DNA of 59,874 nucleotides, from positions 1 through 59,874 of the forward strand of contig NZ_JAPSJA010000001.1 of assembly GCF_031178525.1 (NCBI RefSeq), given 5' to 3'. Numbering within the stretch: position 1 is the stretch's first letter; each line of letters begins with the position of its first letter. The notes below the pieces were generated by a model that was not told the origin of the DNA, ran no database searches, and saw only the letters and a program-made list of their open reading frames with translations. The position numbers were made by a program, and so were the translations under genes. This DNA is from Microbacterium sp. Its GTDB lineage: Bacteria > Actinomycetota > Actinomycetes > Actinomycetales > Microbacteriaceae. Positions 48,688 to 59,566 of this stretch are shown here, piece after piece.

Positions 48688-48704
48688 GCCGATGAGCCTA
48701 TCGG

Positions 48705-50885
48705 TCACGACTTGGACAGGGCCGCGCGCTCCTCCTGCGTGACGCGCCGCGACAGCGCGTCGGCGAGCTCGGGATGTCGGTCGAGCATCGGATCGCGCTC
48801 CAGGATGCGCTCCGCCTCCGCACGCGCACGCGCGATGAGGTCGGCGTCCTTGACGACGCGCAGCAGCCGCAGCGACGAGCGCACGCCCGACTGCGCGTCG
48901 CCCAGCACGTCGCCCTCGCCGCGCAGCTCGAGGTCGATCTCGGCCAGGGCGAAGCCGTCGAGCGTCGAGGCGACCGCCTCGACCCGCGAGCGCGCGACGC
49001 TTCCCTGCTCGGCCTCCGTCACGAGCAGGCACAGCCCGGGCACGCCGCCGCGACCCACGCGACCGCGCAGCTGATGCAGCTGGGAGACGCCGAAGCGGTC
49101 GGCATCCAGGATGACCATGGTCGACGCGTTCGCCACGTCGACTCCGACCTCGATCACGGTGGTGGCCACGAGCACGTCGATGTCGCCGCGTGCGAAGTCC
49201 TGCATGATGCGGTCCTTCTCGTCAACGGGCAGCTTCCCGTGCAGCGTCGCGATGCGCAGCCGCCCCACGGTGGGGTGCCGCTGCAGCATCTCGGCCACCT
49301 GCACGACGCCCCAGTGCGGCCGCGCCGCCTCACCCTCGACGGAGGCGGCACCCGCCCCCGTGCCGTCGTCGGCACCGGGTGCCGGGGCCGACTTCTCGGC
49401 GTCGATCGCGGAGCACACGACGAACACCTGGTGGCCCTTCGCGACCTCCTCCGCCGCCCGGTCCCACACGCGCCCGAACCAGGCGGGTTTCTCGGCGACC
49501 GGCGCGACGAAGGTCTGGATGCCCGCGCGTCCGGCCGGCATCGTCCGGATCGTCGACACGTCGAGATCGCCGAACACCGTCATCGCGACGGTGCGCGGGA
49601 TGGGCGTCGCCGTCAGCACGAGCGCGTGCGGGCTCGTGCCCTTGGCGCGCAGCGTCTCGCGCTGCTCGACGCCGAAGCGGTGCTGCTCGTCGACGACGAC
49701 CAGGCCGAGATCCGCGAAGGTCGTGCCCGCGCTCAGCAGCGCGTGGGTCCCGATCACGATCCGCGCCTGGCCGGAGGCCACGCGAAGTGCGGCCTTGCGG
49801 CGCTCGGCCGCCGTCATCTGCCCGGTCAGCAGCGTCGGCATCAGTTCGGGTGCCAGCGCGGGACCGAGCATGCGGGCCATCGAACGCAGATGCTGCGCCG
49901 CGAGCACCTCGGTCGGCGCGATGAGCGCCGACTGGCCGCCCGACTCGGCCACCTGCAGCATCGCCCGCAGCGCGACCAGCGTCTTGCCCGATCCGACCTC
50001 GCCCTGCACGAGCCGGTTCATCGGCCACTCGGCCGTCAGGTCGAGCCCGATCTGATCGCCGACGGTGATCTGATCCGGCGTGCGCTCGAACGGCAGCGCC
50101 GCGTCGAAGCGCTCGAGCAGCCCTCCCGCGCGAGCGGGACGCTTGGTGGCCGACATCATCCGCACGAACTGGCGCTGCTGCGCGAGCGCGGTCTGCAGCA
50201 CGAGCGCCTCGTGCCAGCGCAGCGTGCCGCGCGCGGCGTCGATCTGCGCGCGCGTCTGAGGCCGGTGCACCCATCCGACGGCCTCGCGGGCCGTGAGCAG
50301 CGCCTCCCGCGATCGCAGCTCCTCGGGCACGGGATCGGGGACGTCGCCCAGCCGGTCGAGCACCTCGGAGATCCATCGCTGGATCTTCCAGGTCGCGATC
50401 GCCGCCGTCGCCGGATAGATCGGGATGGGCGTGCGCACCATCTCGTCGGCTTCCGCGAGGCCGGGGCTGCGGTCGTCCTCGAACAGCTCGTAGTCGGGGT
50501 TCGAGAACTGCAGCTTGCCCCGGAAGGCCCCGACCTTGCCCGAGAAGACGCCGCGTCGTCCTGGTCTCAGCTCCTTCTCGCGCCAGGCCTGACCGAAGAA
50601 CGTGAGGGCCAGCTGGCCCTTGCCGTCGCCGATCACGACCTCGAGGATGCGGCCGCTGCGGTTGCGCATGGGTCGCGACGAGACGGACATGACCTCGGCG
50701 ACCACCGTCGCGAGCTCGCCGAGCGGCAATCCGTCGATCGGGGTCAACTCGCCGCGCAGCGCATAGCGGCGCGGGTAGTGCGCGAGGAGGTCGCCCACGG
50801 TCGACATGCCGAAAGCGCGCGAGAGCTCCTTGGCGGGCTTGTCTCCGAGCGCGACGATCAGCGGCGTGTCGAGGGTGAGCGACAT
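48705..50885 (-). CDS. recG: ATP-dependent DNA helicase RecG
   Basis: [33 protein letters not shown]. Confidence 0.97.
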   Translation of the reverse strand: MSLTLDTPLIVALGDKPAKELSRAFGMSTVGDLLAHYPRRYALRGELTPIDGLPLGELATVVAEVMSVSSRPMRNRSGRILEVVIGDGKGQLALTFFGQAWREKELRPGRRGVFSGKVGAFRGKLQFSNPDYELFEDDRSPGLAEADEMVRTPIPIYPATAAIATWKIQRWISEVLDRLGDVPDPVPEELRSREALLTAREAVGWVHRPQTRAQIDAARGTLRWHEALVLQTALAQQRQFVRMMSATKRPARAGGLLERFDAALPFERTPDQITVGDQIGLDLTAEWPMNRLVQGEVGSGKTLVALRAMLQVAESGGQSALIAPTEVLAAQHLRSMARMLGPALAPELMPTLLTGQMTAAERRKAALRVASGQARIVIGTHALLSAGTTFADLGLVVVDEQHRFGVEQRETLRAKGTSPHALVLTATPIPRTVAMTVFGDLDVSTIRTMPAGRAGIQTFVAPVAEKPAWFGRVWDRAAEEVAKGHQVFVVCSAIDAEKSAPAPGADDGTGAGAASVEGEAARPHWGVVQVAEMLQRHPTVGRLRIATLHGKLPVDEKDRIMQDFARGDIDVLVATTVIEVGVDVANASTMVILDADRFGVSQLHQLRGRVGRGGVPGLCLLVTEAEQGSVARSRVEAVASTLDGFALAEIDLELRGEGDVLGDAQSGVRSSLRLLRVVKDADLIARARAEAERILERDPMLDRHPELADALSRRVTQEERAALSKS

Positions 50886-50935
50886 GAGCCGAGTCTAGGT
50901 CGGGGCGAGGACGTGCCAGCGGATAGCGTGGGACG

Positions 50936-51520
50936 GTGACGAGGATCATCGCGGGCGCGGCGGGCGGAGTGCGTCTGAACGTGCCGTCATCCGGCACGCG
51001 CCCCACGAGCGACCGCGTGCGCGAGTCGCTGTTCGGAGCGCTCGAATCGAGCGACGCGCTCGACGGCGCCCGCGTCGTCGACCTGTACGCCGGCTCCGGC
51101 GCGCTGGGGCTCGAAGCCGCGAGCCGCGGCGCCGCGGCGGTCGATCTGGTCGAGCGCGCCCGTTCCGCGGCCACCATCGCTCGGCGCAACGCCGAGGGCG
51201 TGCGCCGCTCGATCGGCCGCGCCGCGCCGCCGGTGCGTGTGCACGCGGCCGCCGTCGGCACCTGGCTGCGCGGCGCCGCCGGGCCGTTCGATCTCGCGTT
51301 CCTGGATCCGCCGTACGACCTGCCCGACGCCGAGCTCACCCAAAACCTGACGGCGCTCGCATCCGTGCTCTCCCCCGACGCGCTCGTGGTCGTGGAGCGG
51401 TCGTCCCGGTCAGGGTCGCCCGACTGGGTCACGGCCGGACTCGCGCCGCTGCGCGACCGGACCTACGGTGACACCGCGCTGTGGTGGGGTCAGCCCGCCG
51501 CGGCGTCCCAGTCGCGATAG
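50936..51520 (+). CDS. rsmD: 16S rRNA m2G966 methyltransferase RsmD
   Basis: RIIAG, TRPTSDRVRESLF, DLYAGSGALGLEA, DPPY. Confidence 0.93.
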   Translation: MTRIIAGAAGGVRLNVPSSGTRPTSDRVRESLFGALESSDALDGARVVDLYAGSGALGLEAASRGAAAVDLVERARSAATIARRNAEGVRRSIGRAAPPVRVHAAAVGTWLRGAAGPFDLAFLDPPYDLPDAELTQNLTALASVLSPDALVVVERSSRSGSPDWVTAGLAPLRDRTYGDTALWWGQPAAASQSR

Positions 51521-52485
51521 GGGTCCCAGCCGCCCGGGCCGCCGTACGCCCGGCCGGCCACCAGCACGGCCGCCTCGCCGCGCGCCACGACGCGGCCGAG
51601 AACGCGGAAGCCCGGCGGCAGCGCATCCTCGGCGAACGTCGCGAGCAGCGCGTGGTCCTCGCCGCCCTCCAGCGCGGTGGCGGGGTCCGGACCCAGCGCG
51701 ACGGGGTCGAGGTCGAGCGACACACCGGAGGCGTCCGCCAGCCGGCGCGCGTCCAGGCCCAGCCCGTCCGAGACGTCCATCATCGCCGTGGCGCCCGCGA
51801 CCGCCGCCATGGCACCGAGCCCGATGGGCGGAGAAGGTCGCAGCTGCGCCGCGAGCTCCTCGGGCTCGCCCGGCGCGAGGCGTGCCGCATCCACGGGGAC
51901 GGGCGACCCCGCTTCGTCGCGGAAGCGGTCGAACAGCACCGCGAGGCCGCGTGCCGCGACGCCGAGCTCGCCCGCGACCGCGACGACGTCGCCCTCGCGC
52001 GCGCCCGAGCGCAGCACGGCCCGCCGGCCCTCCAGGTCGCCGAGAGCCGTGATCGCGAGTGTCAGGGTCGCCGACACGGTCAGGTCGCCGCCCACGACCG
52101 CGCAACCGGGAGCCAGCGCGTCGCACGCGTCGCGCAGACCGTCGGCGAGAGCCTCCACGAAAGAGATCCGCGTGTGGTTCGGCATCGCCAGCGCCACGAG
52201 CAGCGCCGTCGGGCGTGCGCCCATCGCCGCCACGTCCGCGAGGTTCACGGCCGCGGCCTTCCAGCCGAGGTCGTAACCGCTCGACCACGCCATGCGGAAG
52301 TCCGGACCGTGCACGAGCGTGTCCGTCGTCGCCACGACCGCCCCGCTCGGCGCGCCCACGACGGCGGCGTCATCTCCCGGTCCCACGATGGCCGCCGACG
52401 CCCGCCCCGTGCGCGCGATGATCCGGCGCAGGATCTCCCCCTCGCTCAGCTCGCCGATCGTGGGGTCCGCAGGCGCCTCGTGCAT
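51490..52485 (-). CDS. thiL: Thiamine-monophosphate kinase
   Basis: GPGDDAA, TTDTLV, NLADVAAMGA, GGD, DVSDGL, GGEDH. Confidence 0.95.
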   Translation of the reverse strand: MHEAPADPTIGELSEGEILRRIIARTGRASAAIVGPGDDAAVVGAPSGAVVATTDTLVHGPDFRMAWSSGYDLGWKAAAVNLADVAAMGARPTALLVALAMPNHTRISFVEALADGLRDACDALAPGCAVVGGDLTVSATLTLAITALGDLEGRRAVLRSGAREGDVVAVAGELGVAARGLAVLFDRFRDEAGSPVPVDAARLAPGEPEELAAQLRPSPPIGLGAMAAVAGATAMMDVSDGLGLDARRLADASGVSLDLDPVALGPDPATALEGGEDHALLATFAEDALPPGFRVLGRVVARGEAAVLVAGRAYGGPGGWDPYRDWDAAAG

Positions 52486-52543
52486 CCCCTCAGCGTAGTT
52501 CGCGCGGAGACGCCCCTCAGGATCGACGAAATAGGCTGGACGC

Positions 52544-53035
52544 GTGATCCGTCGTCTCGCCGCCGCGGCCCCGCTCGTCCTCATGCTGGGTCTCGCCGGA
52601 TGCGCCAGCACGGTCTCCGTGCCGGCCGCGGAGGACGCCAACGACCCGCTGTGCGCGGACGTCACGGTGCGCCTCCCCGACACGCTCGGAGAGGGCGCTT
52701 CGCTGCTGGAGCGCCGCTGGACCGACGGTCAGGCGACCGGCGCATGGGGCGATCCGACGTCGGTCATCCTGAGCTGCGGTGTCGAGCCGCCCGGACCCAC
52801 CACGCTGCAGTGCGTGACGTTCGAGGGGGTGGACTGGGTCGTCGACGCGTCGGACCTGCCCATGCAGCGCATCACGACCTACGGCCGCACGCCGGCGACG
52901 CAGGTGTACGTCGACACCTCGGTCATCAGCCCGTCCGACGTGCTGCCCGCCATCAGCCGCCTCGTCCAGCCGACGCCGGCCGAATCGTCCTGCGTGGGAC
53001 TCGAGGACGCCACGCCGGTGCCCGAGGAGGGCTGA
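52544..53035 (+). CDS. DUF3515-like lipoprotein
   Basis: Lipobox LAGC, AWGDP..ILSCGV, TTYGRTPA; typical ddl-thiL neighbour. Confidence 0.8.
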   Translation: MIRRLAAAAPLVLMLGLAGCASTVSVPAAEDANDPLCADVTVRLPDTLGEGASLLERRWTDGQATGAWGDPTSVILSCGVEPPGPTTLQCVTFEGVDWVVDASDLPMQRITTYGRTPATQVYVDTSVISPSDVLPAISRLVQPTPAESSCVGLEDATPVPEEG

Positions 53036-53040
53036 CCGGC

Positions 53041-54135
53041 TCAGGCCGCGCGCGCGATCCCGAGCTCGACAAGCTCGGTGATGAGCTCGGCGTAGGTCAT
53101 GCCGGACGCGATCCAGCACTTCGGGTACATCGAGATGGGCGTGAATCCCGGCATCGTGTTGAGCTCGTTGATCACGACCTCGCCGTCCGCGGTGAGGAAC
53201 ACGTCCACGCGCGCGAGACCGCGCCCGTCGACCGCCTCGAACGCGCGGCGTCCGACCTCGCGGATCCGTTCGGTCTCGTCGTCTGTCAGCGCCGCGGGAC
53301 ACACGACCTCGGCCCCGTCGCCACCCAGGTACTTGCCCTCGAAGTCGTAGAACTCCCGAGTCGTCAGCACGATCTCGCCCGGCAGCGAGGCGCGCGGGCG
53401 GTCTCCGTCGCGTCCCTCGAGGATCGCCACCTCGATCTCGCGCCCGACGATGCCGACTTCGACGAGCACCTTGTCGTCCTCGTCGAGCGCCACGCGCATC
53501 GCCTCGTCGAGCTCGGACGCGTCGTGCGCCTTCGAGACGCCGACGCTCGAACCGGCACGGGCGGGCTTGACGAACACGGGATACCCGAGCCGCTCGACCT
53601 CGGCGCGCACGCCGTCGGCGTCGGACGCCCACCGCGCGGCGCGCACGGTCACCCACGGGGCGACCGGAAGCCCCTCGGCCTGCAGCGCGATCTTCATGAA
53701 GTGCTTGTCCATGCACAGCGCCGAGTCGAGCACGCCGCCGCCTGCGTAAGGCAGCTCGAGGATGTCGAGGAAGCCCTGGATCGTGCCGTCCTCGCCGTGC
53801 AGGCCATGCAGGATCGGCAGCACGACGTCCACGTCGGCGACGTCCTCGACCGAGCCGTCCTCGCGCGCGACGCGCAGAGTGCGCTCCCCGCCGCCCGAGG
53901 GCCACAGGATGCGCGTGCCGTTGTCGACGACCTCCGGCAGCTTCGCGGCATCGAGTGCGAACCGGGCCGGGTCGTCCTGCTCGAGCACGAAGACGCCCTC
54001 GCGCGTGATGCCCACAGGGATCACGCGGTAGCGGTCGCGGTCAATCGCGCCGAGGACCCCGCCCGCCGTCGCGGAGGAGATCGAGTGCTCGCTCGATCGC
54101 CCTCCGAAGAGCACCGCCACGGTCGTTCTGGCCAT
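53041..54135 (-). CDS. ddl: D-alanine--D-alanine ligase
   Basis: FGGRSSEHSIS, HGLHGEDG, KPARAGSSVG, YDFEGKY, NELNTMPGFT. Confidence 0.97.
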   Translation of the reverse strand: MARTTVAVLFGGRSSEHSISSATAGGVLGAIDRDRYRVIPVGITREGVFVLEQDDPARFALDAAKLPEVVDNGTRILWPSGGGERTLRVAREDGSVEDVADVDVVLPILHGLHGEDGTIQGFLDILELPYAGGGVLDSALCMDKHFMKIALQAEGLPVAPWVTVRAARWASDADGVRAEVERLGYPVFVKPARAGSSVGVSKAHDASELDEAMRVALDEDDKVLVEVGIVGREIEVAILEGRDGDRPRASLPGEIVLTTREFYDFEGKYLGGDGAEVVCPAALTDDETERIREVGRRAFEAVDGRGLARVDVFLTADGEVVINELNTMPGFTPISMYPKCWIASGMTYAELITELVELGIARAA

Positions 54136-55177
54136 TCTGCGTCCCTTCGCCCTGCGGGGTGTCGTCGTCTGTCGTGAGATGCGGCGCGATCTCCCGCGGG
54201 CTCATCCGGCCTTCCAGCACCATCTTCACCTGCTGCACGATCGGCATCTCGACCCCGGCCTCTTTCGCCAGTTCCAGGATCGGATGCACGGACGCGAGCC
54301 CCTCGGCCGTCTGGTTCATCTGCGCGATGACCTCGTGGAACTTGTATCCCTGGCCGAGCAGGCGGCCTGCCGTGTTGTTGCGGCTGAGCGGCGACTGGCA
54401 GGTGGCGATCAGGTCGCCGAGCCCCGCGAGTCCCTGCAGCGTTCCCGGCTGCGCGCCGTACGCGACCGCGAAGTCGGTCATCTCGACAAGTCCGCGCGTG
54501 ATGATCGAGGCCTTCGTGTTCTCGCCGTAGCCGACGCCGTCGACGATGCCGATCGCGACGGCGATCAGGTTCTTCAGCACGCCGCCGAACTCCGTGCCGG
54601 TGACGTCGGTGTTGACGAAGCTGCGGAAGTACGGGTTCCTGGCCCGGCGCGCCACGGCGTCGGCGGTGTCCTGGCTGCCCGATGCGATCACGGCCGCCGT
54701 CGGGTTCTCGCGCGCGATCTCGAGCGCGAGGTTCGGCCCGCTCGCCACCGCGATGCGCGCCGGGTCGCACCGCAGCTCCTGCTCGATCACCTGGCTCATG
54801 CGCAGGTTCGTCTTCTTCTCGACGCCCTTCATCAGGCTGACGATGGGCACGGCGTCGTCTGTCAGATAGGGCCGCATGGCGCGCAGCGTCTCGCGCGCGG
54901 ACTGGCTGGGCACCGACAGATAGACCTGCGCCGCGCCGTCGATCGCCTGGCGCAGCTCGTGCGTCGCCCGCATCGTGCGCGGCAGGTTGATGCCCGGCAG
55001 GTACTTCGAGTTGCGCTTCGCCTCGTCGATCTCCTGCGCCTGCTCGGGCCGGCGCGCCCACATCGTGACCTGCGCGCCGCCGTCGGCGAGGATCTTGCCG
55101 AACGTCGTGCCCCAGCTTCCGGAGCCGATCACCACGACCTTGGGCCCGTCGGGCCTGCGGCCCGGCTGACGGCTCAC
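54041..55177 (-). CDS. gpsA: NAD(P)H-dependent glycerol-3-phosphate dehydrogenase
   Basis: IGSGSWGT, SGPNLA, LKNLIA, GLAGLGDLIATC, SRN, AEG. Confidence 0.95.
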   Translation of the reverse strand: MSRQPGRRPDGPKVVVIGSGSWGTTFGKILADGGAQVTMWARRPEQAQEIDEAKRNSKYLPGINLPRTMRATHELRQAIDGAAQVYLSVPSQSARETLRAMRPYLTDDAVPIVSLMKGVEKKTNLRMSQVIEQELRCDPARIAVASGPNLALEIARENPTAAVIASGSQDTADAVARRARNPYFRSFVNTDVTGTEFGGVLKNLIAVAIGIVDGVGYGENTKASIITRGLVEMTDFAVAYGAQPGTLQGLAGLGDLIATCQSPLSRNNTAGRLLGQGYKFHEVIAQMNQTAEGLASVHPILELAKEAGVEMPIVQQVKMVLEGRMSPREIAPHLTTDDDTPQGEGTQNGQNDRGGALRRAIERALDLLRDGGRGPRRD

Positions 55178-55917
55178 AGGCGTCCCGTCTCGGACTGGCC
55201 GTTCGAGGTCGGGTCCCAGCGCACGGCCGGCGCCTTCTCGTCGCGGATGTCCTCGAGCAGGGCGGTGATCGCGGCCATCAGGCGAGCAGTCGCCTCGGAG
55301 ATGGCGGCCGGGTCGGTCGGCCGGTCCTTGAGATCCGACAGATCGACTGGATCGCCGAACGCCAGGCGCACGAGCTTGCGCGGCGGCCAGACGCTGATCG
55401 AGCGCGCGTAGCGGGCCATGACGTTCTGGACGCCCCAGTGCGCGACGGGGATCAGCGGCATGTCGCCCGCGAGCGCCAGACGCGCGGCGCCGGACTTGCC
55501 GCGCATGGGCCACAGATCGGGGTCGCGCGTGAGCGTTCCCTCGGGGTACACGATCACCCCGCGGCCGTCCTTCACGAGCGCGGTCGACTGCGCCATCGTC
55601 TGCGCCGCCGAGTCGCGCGAGGACGTCCGCGCGACGGGCACCATGCCGGTCGCGCGCAGCGCGGCGCCCAGCACCGGCACCCGGAACAGGCTCTCCTTGG
55701 CCATGAACCGGGGCGCGCGGCCCAGCCGCCACACGGCCAGGGCCACGATCAGCGGATCCAGCTCGCTGACGTGGTTCGGCGCGACGACGTACGCGCCCTC
55801 ACGCGGCAGCTTCTCGGCGCCCGTGATGCGCACGCGCGCCAGCAGCCCCATGATCGGCACCACGACGGCCGCGAGCGGCCAGAACCAGCTCGGCCGACTC
55901 TTCTCCGAAGAGCTCAT
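55174..55917 (-). CDS. 1-acyl-sn-glycerol-3-phosphate acyltransferase (PlsC family)
   Basis: NHVSELD (HX4D), FMAKESLF, YPEGT. Confidence 0.92.
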   Translation of the reverse strand: MSSSEKSRPSWFWPLAAVVVPIMGLLARVRITGAEKLPREGAYVVAPNHVSELDPLIVALAVWRLGRAPRFMAKESLFRVPVLGAALRATGMVPVARTSSRDSAAQTMAQSTALVKDGRGVIVYPEGTLTRDPDLWPMRGKSGAARLALAGDMPLIPVAHWGVQNVMARYARSISVWPPRKLVRLAFGDPVDLSDLKDRPTDPAAISEATARLMAAITALLEDIRDEKAPAVRWDPTSNGQSETGRL

Positions 55918-55928
55918 GCGCGCCTGCC

Positions 55929-57296
55929 TCAGCCGACGACGTCGAAGTCGGCGCCGAGCGCCGTCAGCTTCTCGAAGAACTTCTCGTAGCCGCGGCGGAT
56001 GATGCCCACACCCGACACACGCGACGTGCCCTCGGCCGCCAGAGCCGCGACCACGTAGCTGAACCCGCCTCGCAGGTCGGGAACGACGATGTCCGCGCCG
56101 CGCAGCGGCGTCGGGCCGTTGATCACGGCGGCCTGCTCGAGTGCGCGGCGCGGCACCCGACGGTACTCGCCCTCGATGCCGTGCTCGTGCACGACGATGT
56201 CCGCGCCCATCTGGACGAGCGCGCGCGTGAAGCCGAGGCGGTTCTCGTACACGGTCTCGTGCACGACGGACTGCCCGTTCGCCTGGGTGAGGGCGACGAT
56301 CAGCGGCTGCTGCCAGTCGGTCATGAAGCCGGGGTGCACGTCCGTCTCGACAGTGATGGCCTTCAGCGGCGCGGCTCCGCGACGGAAGCGGATGCCCTCG
56401 TCCGTGATGTCGAAGTCGCCTCCGACCTTCCGGTACACGTTCAGGAACGTGAGCATCTCGTACTGGCGTGCGCCCCGCACGAAGATGTCGCCGTCCGTGG
56501 CAAGCGCGGCGCATGCCCACGAGGCGGCCTCGTTGCGGTCGAACAGCGACCGGTGGTCGTAGCCGCGCAGCTCGTCGACGCCCTCGATGAAGATCACACG
56601 GTTGGGCTCGTAGGAGATGATCGCGCCCATCTTCTGGAGCACGCCGATGAGATCCATGATCTCGGGCTCGATCGCCGCGTTGCGCAGCTCGGTCACGCCC
56701 TTCGCGCGCACGGCCGTGAGCAGCACCTGCTCGGTCGCGCCGACGCTCGGGTACGGCAGCTCGATGTGCGCGCCGTGCAGGCCCTCCGGGGCCGACAGGC
56801 GGATGCCGCTGGGCTGCTTGTCGACGATCGCGCCGAACTTGCGCAGTGCGTCGAGGTGGAAGTCGATCGGGCGGTCACCGATGCGGCAGCCGCCGAGGTC
56901 GGGGATGAACGCCTGGCCGAGCAGGTGCAGCAGCGGCCCGCAGAACAGGATCGGGATGCGCGACGAACCCGCGTGCGCGTCGATCTCCTCGAAGTTCGCC
57001 GACTTCGCGTCGGCCGGGTCGAGGACGAGCGAGCCCGACTCGTCACCCTCCGTGACGTGCACGCCGTGCACCTCGAGCAGCGAGCGCACCACCTCCACAT
57101 CGCGGATGTCGGGGACATCGCGCAGGATGCTCGGAGTCTCGCCCAGGAGGGACGCGACCATCGCCTTGGTCGCCAGGTTCTTCGCGCCGCGCACGTCGAC
57201 CTGACCCTTGAGCGCCCGCCCCCCGCGGATCTCGAGGACTTCACCGCTTGCGTATGCCGGAGTGCCGGGAGTCTTGGCGTCGCCGATCAGAGTCAT
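55929..57296 (-). CDS. murA: UDP-N-acetylglucosamine 1-carboxyvinyltransferase
   Basis: GAKN, GGCRIGDRPIDFH, SVGATE, PGFMTD, DLRGG, RGYE. Confidence 0.96.
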   Translation of the reverse strand: MTLIGDAKTPGTPAYASGEVLEIRGGRALKGQVDVRGAKNLATKAMVASLLGETPSILRDVPDIRDVEVVRSLLEVHGVHVTEGDESGSLVLDPADAKSANFEEIDAHAGSSRIPILFCGPLLHLLGQAFIPDLGGCRIGDRPIDFHLDALRKFGAIVDKQPSGIRLSAPEGLHGAHIELPYPSVGATEQVLLTAVRAKGVTELRNAAIEPEIMDLIGVLQKMGAIISYEPNRVIFIEGVDELRGYDHRSLFDRNEAASWACAALATDGDIFVRGARQYEMLTFLNVYRKVGGDFDITDEGIRFRRGAAPLKAITVETDVHPGFMTDWQQPLIVALTQANGQSVVHETVYENRLGFTRALVQMGADIVVHEHGIEGEYRRVPRRALEQAAVINGPTPLRGADIVVPDLRGGFSYVVAALAAEGTSRVSGVGIIRRGYEKFFEKLTALGADFDVVG

Positions 57297-57383
57297 GTGG
57301 TGGTGCCTCACTAGGGGATCGCGCGGCGGTCGGCCGCTTGCTGTTTCGAGGCGTTCCGGGGCCTCGTCGAGACCCCGCCAGGC

Positions 57384-57980
57384 TCACGAGACGGGTGTCG
57401 TCCGCGGCCGCCACGCCTCGCGGCGGGCCTCGAACTGCGCGATCCTGTCTTCGTTGCGCAGCGTGAGCCCGATGTCATCGAGCCCTTCGAGGAGCCGCCA
57501 CCTAGTGTAATCGTCGATGTCGAAGGCGGCCGTGAAGTCCCCCAACGTGGCGGTTCGCGTCACGAGGTCGACCGTCATCTCGACGCCCGGCTGGGCGTCG
57601 ATGGCAGCCCAGAAGCGCTGCGCGTCGTCCTCCGAGATCACGCCCGTGACCAGGCCCTGCTTGCCCGAGTTGCCGCGGAAGATGTCGGCGAAGCGCGGGC
57701 TGAGCACGACCTTGAATCCATAGTCGCGCAGCGCCCACACGGCGTGTTCACGGCTGGATCCCGTGCCGAAGTCGGCGCCGGCGACGAGCACCGAGGCCGC
57801 GCGATACGGATCCTGGTTCAGCACGAACTCGGGGTCCTGCCGCCAGCCGTGGAACAGCGCGTCCTCGAAGCCCGTCTTCGTGACCCGCTTGAGGAAGACG
57901 GCGGGGATGATCTGGTCGGTGTCGACGTTCGAGCGCTTCAGCGGCGCCGCGACACCCGTGTGGGTGGTGAACTTCTCCAT
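57384..57980 (-). CDS. leuD: 3-isopropylmalate dehydratase small subunit
   Basis: [33 protein letters not shown]. Confidence 0.98.
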   Translation of the reverse strand: MEKFTTHTGVAAPLKRSNVDTDQIIPAVFLKRVTKTGFEDALFHGWRQDPEFVLNQDPYRAASVLVAGADFGTGSSREHAVWALRDYGFKVVLSPRFADIFRGNSGKQGLVTGVISEDDAQRFWAAIDAQPGVEMTVDLVTRTATLGDFTAAFDIDDYTRWRLLEGLDDIGLTLRNEDRIAQFEARREAWRPRTTPVS

Positions 57981-57981
57981 G

Positions 57982-59451
57982 TCAGGCCTCCGCTCCGGTC
58001 GTCTCCAGCTGCGCGTCCGCGGCGTCCAGGTCGGACGGGCTCGACAGCGTGCCGCGGATCGCCGTGGCCGCCGCCACGAGCGGCGACACGAGGTGGGTGC
58101 GCCCGCCCTTGCCCTGCCGACCCTCGAAGTTGCGGTTGCTCGTGGAGGCGCAGCGCTCCCCCGGTGCGAGCTGATCCGGATTCATGCCCAGGCACATCGA
58201 GCAGCCCGCGAAGCGCCACTCGGCGCCGAAGTCCTTGACGATCAGGTCGATGCCCTCGGCCTCGGCCTCGAGCCGCACGCGGGCGGACCCGGGAACGACC
58301 ATGACGCGCACGCCGTCGGCCTTCTTGCGGCCCTTGATGATCGACGCGAACGCACGGAGGTCCTCGATGCGGCTGTTGGTGCACGAGCCCATGAACACCG
58401 CGTCCACGGGGATCTGCTTCATGGGCGTACCCGGCTGCAGATCCATGTACTGCAGTGCGCGCTCGGCCGCGGCGCGCTCGTTGTCGTCGGCGATGTCCGC
58501 CGGCGTCGGGATGACGTCGCTCAGCGACACGCCCTGGCCGGGGTTGGTGCCCCACGTCACGAACGGCTCGAGCTCGTTCGCGTCGATGAACACCTCGGCG
58601 TCGAACACGGCGCCCTCGTCGGTGGGCAGCGTGCGCCAGTAGGCGACCGCGTCGTCCCAGTCCTGGCCCTTCGGGGCGTGCGGACGGCCCTCCAGGTACG
58701 CGAACGTCGTCTCGTCCGGCGCGACCATGCCGGCGCGGGCGCCCGCCTCGATCGACATGTTGCAGATCGTCATGCGGCCCTCCATCGAGAGCGACCGGAT
58801 GGCGCTGCCGCGGTACTCGAGCACGTAGCCCTGCCCGCCGCCCGTGCCGATCTTCGCGATCACGGCCAGGATGATGTCCTTCGCCGTGACGCCGGGCTTC
58901 AGGTCGCCCTCGACCGTGATGGCCATGGTCTTGAACGGCTTGAGCGGCAGCGTCTGGGTGGCCAGCACGTGCTCGACCTCGCTCGTTCCGATGCCGAACG
59001 CCATGGCGCCGAACGCGCCGTGCGTCGAGGTGTGGCTGTCGCCGCACACCACCGTGATGCCCGGCATCGTCAGACCGAGCTGCGGCCCGACGACGTGCAC
59101 GATCCCCTGCTCCATGTCCCCCAGCGAGTGCAGGCGCACGCCGAAGTCGGCGGCATTGCGACGCAGCGTCTCGATCTGCGTGCGGCTCGTGAGGTCGGCG
59201 ATCGGCTTGTCGATGTCGATCGTCGGGGTGTTGTGGTCCTCGGTCGCGATCGTGAGGTCGAGGCGACGCACGGGTCGTCCCTCGGCGCGCAGGCCGTCGA
59301 ACGCCTGCGGGCTCGTGACCTCGTGCACGAGGTGCAGGTCGATGTAGATGAGGTCGGGCTGGCCGTTCTCGCCCTTGACGACGAGGTGGTCGTCCCAGAC
59401 CTTCTCGGCCAGGGTGCGCGGGCGGTCGGGAATGCTGCTGATGTCGCTCAT
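57982..59451 (-). CDS. leuC: 3-isopropylmalate dehydratase large subunit
   Basis: [38 protein letters not shown]. Confidence 0.98.
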   Translation of the reverse strand: MSDISSIPDRPRTLAEKVWDDHLVVKGENGQPDLIYIDLHLVHEVTSPQAFDGLRAEGRPVRRLDLTIATEDHNTPTIDIDKPIADLTSRTQIETLRRNAADFGVRLHSLGDMEQGIVHVVGPQLGLTMPGITVVCGDSHTSTHGAFGAMAFGIGTSEVEHVLATQTLPLKPFKTMAITVEGDLKPGVTAKDIILAVIAKIGTGGGQGYVLEYRGSAIRSLSMEGRMTICNMSIEAGARAGMVAPDETTFAYLEGRPHAPKGQDWDDAVAYWRTLPTDEGAVFDAEVFIDANELEPFVTWGTNPGQGVSLSDVIPTPADIADDNERAAAERALQYMDLQPGTPMKQIPVDAVFMGSCTNSRIEDLRAFASIIKGRKKADGVRVMVVPGSARVRLEAEAEGIDLIVKDFGAEWRFAGCSMCLGMNPDQLAPGERCASTSNRNFEGRQGKGGRTHLVSPLVAAATAIRGTLSSPSDLDAADAQLETTGAEA

Positions 59452-59512
59452 TGCTCTTCTCCAGGGGTTCGCGTTGTCGGCCTGCGCGACGGACTCCGCG
59501 ACGGGGAGAGGC

Positions 59513-59566
59513 CTAGAAGAGGATCCCGTCGCGGCGCAGAAGGAGAAGGACTCCGGCGAACCGCAT
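59513..59566 (-). CDS. Leucine leader peptide [17 protein letters not shown]
   Basis: Four consecutive Leu codons (CTT CTC CTT CTG); -10 TAGGCT 6 nt before ATG; stop 61 nt upstream of leuC. Confidence 0.85.
   Translation of the reverse strand: MRFAGVLLLLRRDGILF

Noticed and set aside
53041-54135. Ddl as a D-Ala-D-Lac (vancomycin-resistance) ligase
   Set aside because: The omega loop retains KY (YDFEGKY), the context is housekeeping, and there is no vanH or vanX.
55929-57296. MurA as a fosfomycin-resistant Cys-to-Asp variant
   Set aside because: The active-site loop reads GGCRIGDRP, so Cys is retained.
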